64,000 bases of DNA from Leptonemataceae bacterium (GCA_965227295.1 OZ245742.1:3712001-3776000), one strand, 5' to 3'; shown: positions 9,305 through 20,224, counted from the first letter of the stretch. Notes: generated from the sequence alone by a model not told the origin. Program-made: numbers and translations.

Positions 9305-10543
9305 GTGGCGGATTATCAGTACATCGACCGGCAGCATCAGCTCGACCTGGCAGTCACGTATCTGAGCGACAGCCCCGTCGTCGGGGTGGACACGGAGTCC
9401 TCGGGCTACTACACCTACTTCTCGGAGCTCTGCCTCATCCAGATCTCCGCCGGCAACCAGCACTACATCATCGATCCCCTGGCGCAGTTGAGTCTCAGCG
9501 GCCTGGGCGAGGTCTTCGCGAATCCGAACATCGTGAAGATCTTTCACTCCGCCGCCTCGGACATCGGCGAGCTGCATCGCGATCTCGGTTTTACGTTCAC
9601 GAATGTTTTCGACACCATGATCGCCTGTCGCATGCTCGGCCACGAGTCGTGTTCACTCCAGAGCCTGGTGAAGCAGTACATGAACATCGAGCTCGAAAAG
9701 AAAGAGCAGAAGTCGAACTGGAAGCGCCGTCCGCTCACCCGCTCGCAGTTGGATTACGCGCACCTGGATACGCTCTACCTCGCCGAACTCCGGGAGAAGC
9801 TCATCGCCCAACTGGAAGAGTTCGGGCTCATGGAAGAGGCCCGGGAAGAGTTCGACTGGATCGCCGCGCGTTCTGCGCTCAAGTCCGCGAACGAAGCGGA
9901 GGACCAGGCACCGCCGGAAGATGCGTGGACCCGGGTGCGCGGCGGCCTCGAACTTTCCCCCGAGGATCGCGGCATTCTGAAAGAACTCTACGCCGTGCGG
10001 GACCAGCGAGCACGCAAAGAAAACCTGGCGGCCTTCCGCCTGCTCACGAACGATGGCCTCATGCAGTTGTTGCGCGCGCGGCCGCGGAGCCTCGACGACC
10101 TCGGACGCCTGCGCGCTCTAAACCCCCGCATGGTAAAGAAGGACGGCCCGCGGATCCTCGCCGCCTTCGAGAATCCCACGCCCATCGCCGACGAGGACCT
10201 GCCCCGGCCGCCGGAATTGCAGCCGCATATCCGCCAGGTCCTGCGGCGTCTCAAGCGCTGGCGGGCACGCATCGCCGAGTACCGCGGCTTCGACACGGGC
10301 ATGATCATCAGCAATCGTTCGTTGATTGAGATCGCCGATCGCAAGCCGGAGAATCTGGAAGCCCTGGGCGAACTTGAGTTGATGACTGGGTGGAAGCTGA
10401 AAAACTACGGCGAGCACATCCTGAAAGTCGTGGACGGCAGCCACACCGGTGCATTGCCCGAGGGCCTGCCGCGTCTGCCGGAAGAGGTCCGCGAACAGAA
10501 GCAGGAGCGCCACAAGGCGGCTGGAAAGTCCCGACGGTCTTAG
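9305..10543 (+). CDS. rnd: Ribonuclease D (3'-5' exonuclease with HRDC domains)
   Basis: VGVDTES, LCLIQI, KIFHSA..D, FDT, SNWKRRPLT..QLDYA..D motifs; start set at GTG 9305. Confidence 0.9.
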   Translation: MADYQYIDRQHQLDLAVTYLSDSPVVGVDTESSGYYTYFSELCLIQISAGNQHYIIDPLAQLSLSGLGEVFANPNIVKIFHSAASDIGELHRDLGFTFTNVFDTMIACRMLGHESCSLQSLVKQYMNIELEKKEQKSNWKRRPLTRSQLDYAHLDTLYLAELREKLIAQLEEFGLMEEAREEFDWIAARSALKSANEAEDQAPPEDAWTRVRGGLELSPEDRGILKELYAVRDQRARKENLAAFRLLTNDGLMQLLRARPRSLDDLGRLRALNPRMVKKDGPRILAAFENPTPIADEDLPRPPELQPHIRQVLRRLKRWRARIAEYRGFDTGMIISNRSLIEIADRKPENLEALGELELMTGWKLKNYGEHILKVVDGSHTGALPEGLPRLPEEVREQKQERHKAAGKSRRS

Positions 10544-10592
10544 TTACATTATCCTCGATAACAGCACCGCATCACACAGGTACGGCATACTT

Positions 10593-11708
10593 ATGGCACG
10601 TGAACTGAAACTCAATCGATTGACTCTCATCAACATCGTTCTCGCGACTCTTTTGATCGGCGCGTTTTTGAGTCCGATCATCTACGGCGGATTTCGAGAC
10701 GCCTTCGTGGACCGCTACGTTCCTTCGGCGGAGCCGTTGACGGCCTCCCAGCAACGTGCGGCCCTGGACCTCCAGCAAGCCTACATTAACATCTTCGAGA
10801 AGGCGTCGCCTTCGGTGGTGTTCATTAAGACGAATGTGCTCGTGCGTTCGGGCTGGTGGATCGACGTCTACCGGCAACAGGAACAGGCGGGCTCCGGTTT
10901 CATCATCGACGAGGACGGCTACATCGTCACGAACAACCATGTCGTCGCCGGCGCGCGCAAGATCGAAGTCATCTTCAACGATAAGACCGTGGCCCAGGCG
11001 CGCGTCGTCGGCCGGGACGAATCCAGTGACGTGGCCTTGTTGCAACTGACCGGCTCCAACCACGATCTGGTGCCGGCCGTTCTCGGCGACTCGGACAAGG
11101 TCGAAGTCGGCCAACTGGCCTTTGCGTTGGGCGCACCCTTCGGCCTCGACCGTACGTTCACTGTCGGTACCATCTCCGCGAGCGGACGGCAGATCGACAA
11201 CTCACGCTACTCGCGCATTCAAACGGACGCGTCCATCAACCCGGGCAACTCGGGCGGCCCGCTGATCAACGTCTTCGGTGAGGTCGTGGGCATCAATCAG
11301 TCCATCTTTTCCACCAGCGGCGGCAACATGGGCATCGGCTTTGCCATTCCCATCAACGAGGCCATGGAGGTTGTGGCGCAACTCAAGCAGGAGAAACGCG
11401 TCATCGGCAAACCTACGCTGGGCGTGAACGTCGGCGTGCCGGCGAATACCCTGCGCGAAGAACTGGGCGTCGGCGAACGTGAGGGCGTGGTGGTCATCAA
11501 CGTGTTGCCGGGCTCGGCCGCCGAGGATGCGGGCCTGAAAGAGTACGACTTCATCCTCGAAGTCAACGGCAACGGCGTCAAAGAACCGCAGGACCTCATC
11601 AAGGAAGTGCAGCAGGCCGGCGTGGGCGGCGAGCTCTCGCTGCGATTGTTGCGCAAGGGCCAGGAGATTACGGTCAAGGCCACGGTGGGCGAGACCGTTT
11701 CGAATTAG
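10593..11708 (+). CDS. htrA: HtrA/DegP-like serine protease with PDZ domain
   Basis: GSGFII, TNNHVV, DVALL and QTDASINPGNSGGPL motifs; C-terminal PDZ. Confidence 0.93.
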   Translation: MARELKLNRLTLINIVLATLLIGAFLSPIIYGGFRDAFVDRYVPSAEPLTASQQRAALDLQQAYINIFEKASPSVVFIKTNVLVRSGWWIDVYRQQEQAGSGFIIDEDGYIVTNNHVVAGARKIEVIFNDKTVAQARVVGRDESSDVALLQLTGSNHDLVPAVLGDSDKVEVGQLAFALGAPFGLDRTFTVGTISASGRQIDNSRYSRIQTDASINPGNSGGPLINVFGEVVGINQSIFSTSGGNMGIGFAIPINEAMEVVAQLKQEKRVIGKPTLGVNVGVPANTLREELGVGEREGVVVINVLPGSAAEDAGLKEYDFILEVNGNGVKEPQDLIKEVQQAGVGGELSLRLLRKGQEITVKATVGETVSN

Positions 11709-11711
11709 CGC

Positions 11712-12545
11712 ATGGCCTCTCACGTACTGGGCGTCGATGTCGGGAACTCCAACACCGTCTTCGGTCTCTTTGAAGATTCCGAGGACGGTTACACCATACT
11801 GCATCACTGGCGGACGGTAACGCGTCGGGACCGCACTTCGGACGAGCTCGGCATTTTTCTGCTGGGTTTCCTCGAAAGCATGCGCATCGATCCGGCGTCC
11901 ATCAGCGGGGCGATCTATTCTTCGGTGGTGCCGTCGTTTAATCCGATCGTCGAACGCATGGTGCGCGAATACTTTCATTCCGAAGCGCTGCGCGTGGATC
12001 ACGACAGCCCGCTGCCCATCGCCGTGCACTACGAACGTCCCTTTGAAATCGGCGCGGACCGCCTGGTAAATGCCAGCGCCGCTGTGGCCCTCTACGGCGA
12101 ACCGGGGGCGCCGGCTGCAAACGGCAACGGTTCGCCGGACCTCATCTGCGTGGACCTGGGAACGGCGACGACGTTCTGCGTGATCCACGATGCCGCCTTC
12201 GTCGGCGGCAGCATTGCCCCCGGACTCAAGCTGGCCATGGAGACCCTGAGCAGTCGGGCGGCCCAGCTTCCGCCGATCGAGTTTCGTCGGCCGCCGTCGG
12301 GGGTCGTCGGCGACTCCACGATTCATGCCCTGCAGGCTGGTTTCTTCTTCGGCTGGCGGGGCCTGCTCCGGGAGATTGTCGAGGAGGTACGTCGTTCGCA
12401 GCCGGAGCGCTCCTATCGCGTCGTCGCCACGGGGGGGCTGTCCACGACGTTTCACGCCGAGGCGCCGGGTCTCTTTGATTTCGTGGATCCGCTGCTGACC
12501 TTGAGAGGCCTCCAGATCATCTACCGATTCCGGAAAAACGGTTAA
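11712..12545 (+). CDS. coaX: Type III pantothenate kinase
   Basis: DVGNSNT, GADR, VDLGTATT, GGSIAPG and VATGG motifs. Confidence 0.95.
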   Translation: MASHVLGVDVGNSNTVFGLFEDSEDGYTILHHWRTVTRRDRTSDELGIFLLGFLESMRIDPASISGAIYSSVVPSFNPIVERMVREYFHSEALRVDHDSPLPIAVHYERPFEIGADRLVNASAAVALYGEPGAPAANGNGSPDLICVDLGTATTFCVIHDAAFVGGSIAPGLKLAMETLSSRAAQLPPIEFRRPPSGVVGDSTIHALQAGFFFGWRGLLREIVEEVRRSQPERSYRVVATGGLSTTFHAEAPGLFDFVDPLLTLRGLQIIYRFRKNG

Positions 12546-12593
12546 CACCTCGGGACGGCGCGAGATCCTGGCCGGAACTCGCTGGAGCCGCGT

Positions 12594-12983
12594 TTGACGT
12601 ATCATCTGGTAAACTGGGGCATGACCGTCGCCGTCCTTTTCTTCGGAGTGGGCTACGCCTATCGCAAAAAAGACCTGCGATTGCACCGTCTGTTTATGGC
12701 TTCCGGAGTAGGCCTGACGCTGCTCGGCGCGCTCGTGCTGCTGGTTTCGGTCTATGTCATTCACGGCGGCGATCGCGAAGCGGCGGGCTTTCTGCCGGCG
12801 GCGCCGAACTGGGTGATCCTCACGCATCGCATCATTGCCTCGGTGACGTTTGTGACCATGTTCGTGATGGTCTGGTCCGGGGCCACGCGCCGTCGTTCAT
12901 TGCATGTGACCCTGCATCGCTGGTTCATCCCGCTCTATCTGGTGGTCTACGTCTCCGGGTTGATTGTGTTTAAGAACAATTGA
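12594..12983 (+). CDS. Small 4-TM membrane protein (DUF420-like)
   Basis: Hydrophobic helices with conserved His (LHRLFM, THRI, LHVTLH). Confidence 0.65.
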   Translation: MTYHLVNWGMTVAVLFFGVGYAYRKKDLRLHRLFMASGVGLTLLGALVLLVSVYVIHGGDREAAGFLPAAPNWVILTHRIIASVTFVTMFVMVWSGATRRRSLHVTLHRWFIPLYLVVYVSGLIVFKNN

Positions 12984-13008
12984 CGCTAAATATAACTTAA
13001 AGTAAAAC
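12980..13008 (+). promoter_or_regulatory. Possible sigma70 promoter for the tkt operon
   Basis: TTGACG-N17-TAAAAC in an AT-rich gap. Confidence 0.35.
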
Positions 13009-13023
13009 TTACGGAATTCCCTC

Positions 13024-13866
13024 ATGGCTAAAGCTCGCAAGAACCTCACCGACGATCAGATTGCCGAACAGGCCCTGGAAATTCGCCGCATGGTCATTCG
13101 CATGGTGCACGCGGCGAAGAGCGGGCACCCGGGCGGTCCCCTGGGCCTGGCGGACATCTTCGCGGTCCTCTACTTCGACGTACTGAACATCGATCCGAAG
13201 AAACCGCAGTGGAAGGAACGCGACCGCCTGCTGCTCTCCAACGGCCATGTCTCCGCCGTAAGATACGCCGCCATGAAGTTAGCGGGCTTTTTCCCGAAGC
13301 TGGACGTCATGAGTTTTCGCAAGCTCGGCTCTCCGTTTCAGGGTCACCCGTCCACGGGATACTTGCCGGAACTGGAGTCCTCCAGCGGTTCCCTGGGCCA
13401 GGGACTTTCTCAGGCCGTGGGCCTCAGCCTCGGCGCGCGCTATCAAAAAGAAAAGTACCGGGTCTACTGTTGCATTTCCGACGGCGAGTGCGGGGAGGGC
13501 ATGACCTGGGAAGCGGCCACCGCGGCCGTGCATCATCGCGCGCCGGTCATTGCTTTCATGGATCTCAACGGTATTCAGATCGACGGTTTTACGAAAGACG
13601 TCTGCGACCTGGGGGATCTCGGCAAGAAGTTCGCGTCGTTCGGCTGGCGTGTTACCGAGGCGGACGGGCATGACATCCCGGCCGTTCGCCAGCGATTTCA
13701 CGAGGCCGTAGCCGCCGGTCCCGATGCCGGACCGCAGATGATCCTGTTCCGCACGGTTCTGGGCAAAGGGGTTTCGTTCATGGAAGACCAGTTCGGCTGG
13801 CACGGCAAACCCCCGAACGACGAAGAGGCCGCCCAGGCCCTGCAAGAACTCGGCGCAAAACTCTAA
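13024..13866 (+). CDS. tkt: Transketolase, N-terminal (TPP-binding) subunit
   Basis: [34 protein letters not shown] and WHG motifs. Confidence 0.93.
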   Translation: MAKARKNLTDDQIAEQALEIRRMVIRMVHAAKSGHPGGPLGLADIFAVLYFDVLNIDPKKPQWKERDRLLLSNGHVSAVRYAAMKLAGFFPKLDVMSFRKLGSPFQGHPSTGYLPELESSSGSLGQGLSQAVGLSLGARYQKEKYRVYCCISDGECGEGMTWEAATAAVHHRAPVIAFMDLNGIQIDGFTKDVCDLGDLGKKFASFGWRVTEADGHDIPAVRQRFHEAVAAGPDAGPQMILFRTVLGKGVSFMEDQFGWHGKPPNDEEAAQALQELGAKL

Positions 13867-15288
13867 GTGCCATCCACCGGTGACGTTCTGCGTCGCTGTG
13901 CCGCGGCCGCCACATTACTGCTGATCTTTCTCGGTCCGGTTTTCGTGGATCGACCGGCCTGGCTCTATGCCGCGTTGATTGCGGCGTCGATCACCTGGTT
14001 CGTTTCCCTCCGTTTCGCATTCACCGAACATGCTGCGGCGCGTACCACGGGGCTCGCCATGATGGCCGTCCTTGTATGCGCGTTCGCGCCGCCGTTTTTT
14101 TCGGACGATTCGCTGCGTCACGTGCACGATGGTTTCTATCTTTTGCAGGGTGTCGACGTCTACGCGATCCCGCCGTCGCATCTGCCCCCCGTCCCGGGTC
14201 TCGACCGTTTGCCCAATCATCCCGATGTGGGCACGATCTATTTTCCGTTTACGCAGATGCAGGCCCTGGCCGGGGCCGCGCTTTCGCAGCGCTATGGTTT
14301 CTTCGGAATCTACGCGCTGATTTGTTCCGGGTTAATGTTTCTGAGTTTTCGATTCGCTTCGGCCGGGGAACGTCGCGCCCTGGCGCTGCTGTATGTCTCG
14401 CCGGCGTTTTTGATTTTTGCGGCGTCGCGCCATGCGGATGTGCAGGGCCTGCTGCTTGCGATAAACAGTTACCTTCTGTGGCGTCAGGCGCGGTGCTCCC
14501 GACGAAGATCCGTGCCGTTCGCCGCGGCGGCCGGGGCGTGTGCGGTCTTGTTGGTCGGACTGAAACCCGAGGGAGTGGTCTATCTCGTGTTTCTGGGCGG
14601 CCTCGTGCTGCTTGCGCTCCTTCAAGATCGCCGGGGCCTGCACGGCGTCGCGGCCTGGACGGCCGCCGCTTTGTTTGTAACTTTCGTTCAGTTGATCTTT
14701 GCGCTGGTATGGATGTTTCCCTCCGCCGAAGCCCTGGAGGCCTTCCTGAGTACCGCACGTTTTTTTACGGACTGGTTCATCGGCTACAATCCCATGGTCG
14801 ATCTTTTGTTGTGGTTCGCCGACCCGGGCCTTGAGCGGCCGTGGTATCTGGCGGTCTATCGTTTGATGGTGCTCGTCGCAGGCCTGGTTCTGTGTGTGAT
14901 CCTGCTGCTGCGCCGGATTCACCGTGCGCCGGTGTGGTTCGCGGGGAGGGGCCTGCCGATTGCGCTGCGAGGCTGGGCCCGGGAGGCGCTGCTCGTGGCG
15001 GTTGCCGCCGTGGTCCTCTCGAAGGGAGTCTGGCATCCCTGGTATTTTTTGTGGTTTGTGCCGGCTCTGGGGCTGCGTCGGAACTTTCGGGCTGGGGCCT
15101 GGCTCTGCGCCGGCCTGGTGCTCGCCTACGGGCCGGTCTTTTACCTGCGCCGGGACGGAGTCTGGGGCGGATGGGAAGTCTTTTACGTTCTCACGGCGGT
15201 GTGGATCATCCTGGCACTTTCGGAGCACCGGCTGTGGATTTTTGGGCGGGTTCTTGTTGACAAATTGGGGAGTACGCGTCCTTCTTAA
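13867..15288 (+). CDS. Polytopic membrane glycosyltransferase (GT-C/GT87-like)
   Basis: PFFSDD..R..DG, NHP...TIYFP and HPWYFLW motifs; multiple TMs. Confidence 0.7.
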   Translation: MPSTGDVLRRCAAAATLLLIFLGPVFVDRPAWLYAALIAASITWFVSLRFAFTEHAAARTTGLAMMAVLVCAFAPPFFSDDSLRHVHDGFYLLQGVDVYAIPPSHLPPVPGLDRLPNHPDVGTIYFPFTQMQALAGAALSQRYGFFGIYALICSGLMFLSFRFASAGERRALALLYVSPAFLIFAASRHADVQGLLLAINSYLLWRQARCSRRRSVPFAAAAGACAVLLVGLKPEGVVYLVFLGGLVLLALLQDRRGLHGVAAWTAAALFVTFVQLIFALVWMFPSAEALEAFLSTARFFTDWFIGYNPMVDLLLWFADPGLERPWYLAVYRLMVLVAGLVLCVILLLRRIHRAPVWFAGRGLPIALRGWAREALLVAVAAVVLSKGVWHPWYFLWFVPALGLRRNFRAGAWLCAGLVLAYGPVFYLRRDGVWGGWEVFYVLTAVWIILALSEHRLWIFGRVLVDKLGSTRPS

Positions 15289-15292
15289 GGGT

Positions 15293-16195
15293 ATGGCGGA
15301 TTCCGGACAGTCCGGCGGCAAGCGCGAGGAGATCGAATTTCTCCTGACCTGTCTCGTGGAGACCGAGGGCGCCGAGTCCCGCCAGCTCGTTCTGGAGCGT
15401 CTGCTGCAGTTGATTCCCGTGGGCCACCATCCGGGGCGGTTCATCGAAGCCGTGGGCGAGCCGTCGGTGCGGGTGCAGCTCCGCGAGCGTTACCAGCGTT
15501 TCCTCAACGAACTCAAACTCCGCCACGATCTCAAGCAGCTCATGGACGGCGCCCCGGAGCAAGGTTCCGGCGATGTGGACCTGGAACTGGGGGCGTTTCT
15601 GATCTCGCGCCTGGGGGACAACCCGGAGATCGTACCACAGGACCTCAGCGGTCGCCTGGACGATCTGGCCGTGCCGTTGCGCAACATGCTCACGGCCATT
15701 CCGGATCAGGAGCACGAGGAGCGTCTCCGGGTCTTCCGACGCTATCTCTTCGAAGAACGCGGTTTCCGCGGCAACTCCGAGAACTACTACGACCCGAAGA
15801 ACTCGTTTCTTACGGAAGTGGTGGACGGCGGTGCGGGCATTCCGGTCTCCCTTTCGGTATTGTGTCTGCTTCTGGCCCGGCGCGTGGGCCTGCCGCTCCA
15901 CGGTGTCAATCTGCCGGGGCACTTCATTCTTAAGTATCAGGCGCGGGATTTTACCATCTATATGGACCCGTTCAACGACGGGAATCTGCTGACGGAAAAC
16001 GACTGTCTGAATTTTCTGGTCCGACAGGGACTGGAGCCGTCGGTGGTGTATCTGGCGCGGGCCGGAGCGCTGACCATCCTCAAGCGGATGTATCGCAATC
16101 TCATCAACTATCATTCGGCCATCGGCAACTCGCGCATGGAAAAGATTCTCCGACAACACTTCAGCATCCTGGAAAGCCACTCCATTCGTTCATAA
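15293..16195 (+). CDS. SirB1/transglutaminase-like core domain protein
   Basis: GFRGN..NYYDPKNSFL..V...GIPVSLS, GVNLPGHF, DPFN.G and RMYRNL motifs. Confidence 0.85.
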   Translation: MADSGQSGGKREEIEFLLTCLVETEGAESRQLVLERLLQLIPVGHHPGRFIEAVGEPSVRVQLRERYQRFLNELKLRHDLKQLMDGAPEQGSGDVDLELGAFLISRLGDNPEIVPQDLSGRLDDLAVPLRNMLTAIPDQEHEERLRVFRRYLFEERGFRGNSENYYDPKNSFLTEVVDGGAGIPVSLSVLCLLLARRVGLPLHGVNLPGHFILKYQARDFTIYMDPFNDGNLLTENDCLNFLVRQGLEPSVVYLARAGALTILKRMYRNLINYHSAIGNSRMEKILRQHFSILESHSIRS

Positions 16196-16196
16196 C

Positions 16197-17192
16197 ATGC
16201 CGTCGATTTCCTCTCCTCTCACCAGGGCGGGACTGGTGCAACGATTCGATCGCAAGCTGGATCGCATCATCGGTGCCGATCTGCCCATCTTAAAAAAGAT
16301 CAAGAAGTTCGTCGTGAAAAGCGGCGGGAAACGCGTTCGCCCCATTACGCACTACTACGTGAGCCGCATTCTCGGTTACCAGGGCGGAGAGTGGGAGGAC
16401 GTCGGCGCCATCGGTGAACTCATCCACGCGGCTTCGTTGTTGCACGACGACGTCGTCGACGGGGCGAACATGCGGCGGGGCAAGCCCGCGGTGAACGCCC
16501 TGCACGGGAACAAAACGGCCATTCTGTCCGGCGACTTCCTGCTGGCCTGCGGTCTGGATCACCTGGGCACGCTCAGTCGTTCGAAGCAACTGCTCGGCGT
16601 GTTCACGCGGGTCATTCGGATGCTGTCCGTCGGTGAATTGCTGCAGATGGAATGGGAGCGGAACTTCAAGCTTCAGGAAAAGACTTACGACCGCATCATT
16701 CTCGGGAAGACCGGGGCGCTCTTCGGGGCCATGTCCGAAGCGGCCTATGTCCTCGCCGCGAAGTCCGAGGACGACATCGATCCCGCCGGGGTGGAGCGTT
16801 ACCGGGATTTCGGCGAACGTATGGGCCGGCTCTTCCAGGTGCGTGACGATTACCTCGATTACTTCGGTGACGCGTCTTCGAACGGCAAGGACCTCTTCCA
16901 GGATTTTCGCCGCGGCCTGGTTACCCGTCCCATCATCGTACTGCGTCAGGTAAGCACTGCCCGAGAACGGCGGCAACTGGCGCAGCTCTGGGATTCCGAC
17001 GAAAAGCGTTCTTCGAAAGAAGGCATCGAGTTCTTTCAGAGCCTGTCCGAAAAAAAGCACGTTCAGAAGAGGCTGGCCCGTGAAATCGAGGAAGAGGTGC
17101 ACGGCCTCATGCACTTCATGCGCACGCATCCCGGGAGTCCCTTCCGGGAAAAGGTCGTCGAGCACCTGAGTACCCTGCTCGTGCCACAATAG
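16197..17192 (+). CDS. Polyprenyl diphosphate synthase
   Basis: GGKRVRP, ASLLHDDVVD..RRG, KTG and FQVRDDYLD motifs. Confidence 0.93.
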   Translation: MPSISSPLTRAGLVQRFDRKLDRIIGADLPILKKIKKFVVKSGGKRVRPITHYYVSRILGYQGGEWEDVGAIGELIHAASLLHDDVVDGANMRRGKPAVNALHGNKTAILSGDFLLACGLDHLGTLSRSKQLLGVFTRVIRMLSVGELLQMEWERNFKLQEKTYDRIILGKTGALFGAMSEAAYVLAAKSEDDIDPAGVERYRDFGERMGRLFQVRDDYLDYFGDASSNGKDLFQDFRRGLVTRPIIVLRQVSTARERRQLAQLWDSDEKRSSKEGIEFFQSLSEKKHVQKRLAREIEEEVHGLMHFMRTHPGSPFREKVVEHLSTLLVPQ

Positions 17193-17224
17193 CGTAAGTC
17201 AAGGCCGGGCGTCCGGCGGCGCTT

Positions 17225-18592
17225 GTGCTTTACAGCGATTCCCCCGGCAAAATCCTGTCGTCCGTGTCCCGCGGTCCTCGCTATTACTTCTGGTTGCTAC
17301 TGCGTTTTGCCGCGGCCGGCGTGTTGATCTTCTTCGGCATAGAGCTCTTGCTGCGTACGCTTCAGCCGGCCTCGTTGGATTACTACCGCAAACTCAAGTT
17401 ATTGCACGTCTATCATCCGGAGTATCGCGTCGGCCTGGCCCCGGGCGCTTCTTATTACCTCAAACACAACACCGGTCTCTGGGAAGGACAGTTTACAATC
17501 AACTCCCTGGGATATCGCGGCAGCGCGGAGCCGGACGGTCGTCCCATCGTCGGCTGTCTGGGCGACAGTCTCGTGATGGGCTTCGGCGTGTCGGATGATC
17601 AGACCTTCTGTAGTCTGCTGGATGGGTTGGAGCTGGGCGGCTCGTCGCATCAGACGCAAAACCTGGGCGTGGATGCCTTCGGTTCGAAGGGTTACGCCGC
17701 GCGTTTCGCGGAGGCCGTGGAGAAGTTGCCGGAGCTGAAAATCGTGTTGTTGTTCGTATCCCCGAACGACTTTACGCTGCCGCAAGAATTACTGGATCGC
17801 GGCGTGTTGCCGGACGACGTCACCGACGCGGCCCGGGAAAAGAATCCCGGGCGCGAGGCCTTCTTTCGAGCGCAGTTCGAACTCACGCGCTATTCGGCGA
17901 CCCTGCATGCCGCGGCGGTGGCGCGTCAGCAGTTGATCATCCGCCGGGCCCTGTTTCAGAAGAGCGTACGCCGCGAGTTCGTGGAGGCCGGCATCATTCC
18001 CCATGTCCCGGAGATCGACGGCGACGTGCCCTACATCGGCTTCGGCAAATACATGGAGCGGTCGTTTTACAAACCGTCTCCGGAATCGGACTGCTCTAAT
18101 GTAATGCAGGATGATGTTAGCGAGTCGCCGGCCGCGCGGTGTCCGGAGCGCGTGCCGTCGCACATCATCTGCCTGGACCAGGAGCCCACGGCGGACGAGC
18201 CGCTGCCGGAGATTACCGCCGCGGCCTATGACCGCATGATTGATCTCGCGCGGAAGCACGGCGTGGTTCTGGTGCCGGTGTTTCTGCCCGTGCAGGTGGA
18301 GACACTGCACTGTTCGGCCCACGACAAGTACACCACGTTTTTCAATCATGCGCGGCGGGCGAAAGAGTACTTTCGTGAACGCGGCATTACCTCTCTGGAT
18401 CTGCGTGCTTATACGCACGAACTCTGCGGGATGGAGGATGCGTCGGTGGCAGGCGAAGCGCGGTCCTTCGGTGTGATGGATCACATCATTCCCGGCGACG
18501 GGCATTTGACCGTGCGCGGCAATCGTTGGGCCGCGCGGGCGTTGCGGATTGAGCTGCAGCGTATGGAGCGGCGTTTCACCGATGCTCTTTAA
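17225..18592 (+). CDS. SGNH/GDSL hydrolase-like protein (AlgJ/PatB-like partner of the MBOAT)
   Basis: INSLGYRG, LGDSLVMG, NLGV, PND and DGHL motifs. Confidence 0.8.
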   Translation: MLYSDSPGKILSSVSRGPRYYFWLLLRFAAAGVLIFFGIELLLRTLQPASLDYYRKLKLLHVYHPEYRVGLAPGASYYLKHNTGLWEGQFTINSLGYRGSAEPDGRPIVGCLGDSLVMGFGVSDDQTFCSLLDGLELGGSSHQTQNLGVDAFGSKGYAARFAEAVEKLPELKIVLLFVSPNDFTLPQELLDRGVLPDDVTDAAREKNPGREAFFRAQFELTRYSATLHAAAVARQQLIIRRALFQKSVRREFVEAGIIPHVPEIDGDVPYIGFGKYMERSFYKPSPESDCSNVMQDDVSESPAARCPERVPSHIICLDQEPTADEPLPEITAAAYDRMIDLARKHGVVLVPVFLPVQVETLHCSAHDKYTTFFNHARRAKEYFRERGITSLDLRAYTHELCGMEDASVAGEARSFGVMDHIIPGDGHLTVRGNRWAARALRIELQRMERRFTDAL

Positions 18593-20015
18593 CTCGCTGC
18601 ATTATTTTCTGTTCGCTCCGGCGGTGATCGCGATCTACTTCGTGCTGCCGGCGAAGGCCCAGCGCATCTGGTTGCTCGCGGTCAGCATGTACTTCTACGC
18701 GGTTTTTCGCGTACCGTTTACGCTGCTGCTGCTCTTTTCGATTATATGTACGCACTTTGCCGTGGTCATGATGGCCCGCTCGAAAGGCGATTCCGTCCGG
18801 CGCTTCTTTCTGTTCCTGGCCATCGCCGCGAACGCCTCGATCCTGTACTTCTTTAAGTTCATCGACTTTTCTTTCGATGTCTACAACCGGCTATTCTTTC
18901 TCGAGCCCTGCGACGACTGGTATGCCGATCCCACCGGCGTTGTGTTGCCCATGGGCATCTCCTTTTTTACGCTGCAGGCCATCGCCTATGCCGTGGACGT
19001 TTATCGCGGTACGATTCCGGCCGGCCGCAGTATTTTCAGCTTCTCGTTGTTCCTGAGTTTTTTTCCGCAGCTTGTTGCCGGTCCCATCATGCGCGCGAAG
19101 GACCTGCTGCACCAGTTCGGTGAGGAACATCGCTTCCAATTCGAGAACTTTCGCGCGGGCACTTCGCTCATCATCCTGGGCCTGTTCAAGAAAACCATCG
19201 TCGCCGATCCCGCCGGAACCATCGTCGATCCGATCTTCGCCGACCCGGGGCGTTTTTCCTGGGAGTATCTGTGGGTCGCCGTTTTCCTGCATGCGTTGCA
19301 AATCTACGGAGACTTCTCCGGTTACTCGGACATTGCCATCGGGACCGGGCGCATCATGGGCTTCCGTATTCCGGAGAACTTTCATCGCCCGTTCCTGGCG
19401 GTGGATATGGGAGACATGTGGCGACGCTGGCACATCAGTCTGTCCTCCTGGCTGCGGGACTACGTTTACATTCCGCTGGGCGGTGGTCGCGTTTCGCTCC
19501 CGCGCCAGTATTTCAACATCTTCACCACGATGTTTGTGAGCGGGATCTGGCACGGGGCGGGATTAAACTTCGTGCTCTGGGGATCCTTTCACGCCCTCGT
19601 GGTAGTGATCGAGCGCTTCATCCTTTCGTTCCCGCGCATCGGAGCCCTGTACAAAGACGGCCTGCCGCGGCCGATCAAGGTGTTCTATACGTTCGTGATG
19701 TTCTCGTTCGCGCTGTTTTTCTTCCGGGCGCGGGCGGTTCCGGGCATCGGCGATGCGGCGGACGTGGGCTGGATGATGGTGGGGCGCGCGCTGAGTTTTG
19801 CCGGCGGCGAGGGCCTCTACATCGCGCCGGGCATCCTGCTGCCCATATTCGTTCTGATGGGGGCGGAAATGATCCAGGAGAAACGCGAGGATTTTTTCCA
19901 GCCCATGCTGAAGAACAACTTCATCTTCTGGACCACGGCGGGCATCGTGCTCGGCTACTGCCTGTTGCTTTATTCGGTCACGGACAGTGCGCCGTTTGTG
20001 TACTTTCAGTTCTGA
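18582..20015 (+). CDS. MBOAT family O-acyltransferase (AlgI/DltB/PatA-like)
   Basis: MLFNS, LPMGISFFT, FFPQLVAGPI, DFSGYSD, WRRWHISLSSWLRDYVYIPLGG, WHGA and FVYFQF motifs. Confidence 0.95.
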   Translation: MLFNSLHYFLFAPAVIAIYFVLPAKAQRIWLLAVSMYFYAVFRVPFTLLLLFSIICTHFAVVMMARSKGDSVRRFFLFLAIAANASILYFFKFIDFSFDVYNRLFFLEPCDDWYADPTGVVLPMGISFFTLQAIAYAVDVYRGTIPAGRSIFSFSLFLSFFPQLVAGPIMRAKDLLHQFGEEHRFQFENFRAGTSLIILGLFKKTIVADPAGTIVDPIFADPGRFSWEYLWVAVFLHALQIYGDFSGYSDIAIGTGRIMGFRIPENFHRPFLAVDMGDMWRRWHISLSSWLRDYVYIPLGGGRVSLPRQYFNIFTTMFVSGIWHGAGLNFVLWGSFHALVVVIERFILSFPRIGALYKDGLPRPIKVFYTFVMFSFALFFFRARAVPGIGDAADVGWMMVGRALSFAGGEGLYIAPGILLPIFVLMGAEMIQEKREDFFQPMLKNNFIFWTTAGIVLGYCLLLYSVTDSAPFVYFQF

Positions 20016-20147
20016 GGTGATTCGGCCTATTGAAAGCAGACAGGACGAGCGTTGCCTGTCCGCGCTCACTCGACGACCGCCCTCCCATTCTTCCCCCTGG
20101 TCCCTCGGAGCCTCGGTGGTGAAATCGTTTTTTTCAGGACTGCTCAC

Positions 20148-20181
20148 AAAAAAACCGCCCACTTCAAAGAAGGGGCGGTTT
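20148..20181 (-). terminator. Intrinsic terminator for the small lipoprotein gene
   Basis: Hairpin AAACCGCCC..CTTC/GAAG GGGCGGTTT with an A7 run on the + strand (U-tract on the - strand). Confidence 0.75.
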
Positions 20182-20224
20182 CGTGTGCGATCTCAAAGAG
20201 ACCGCGTAGTTCGATGAACGAAAA

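Noticed and set aside
11202..12827. Long antisense ORFs (for example 541 aa here, 467 aa at 2725-4128, 396 aa at 35257-36447)
   Set aside because: They overlap well-supported genes on the opposite strand, which is expected at high GC.
13024..13866. Transketolase lacking its C-terminal half as a pseudogene
   Set aside because: Split transketolases with separately encoded subunits are common, and this ORF is intact.
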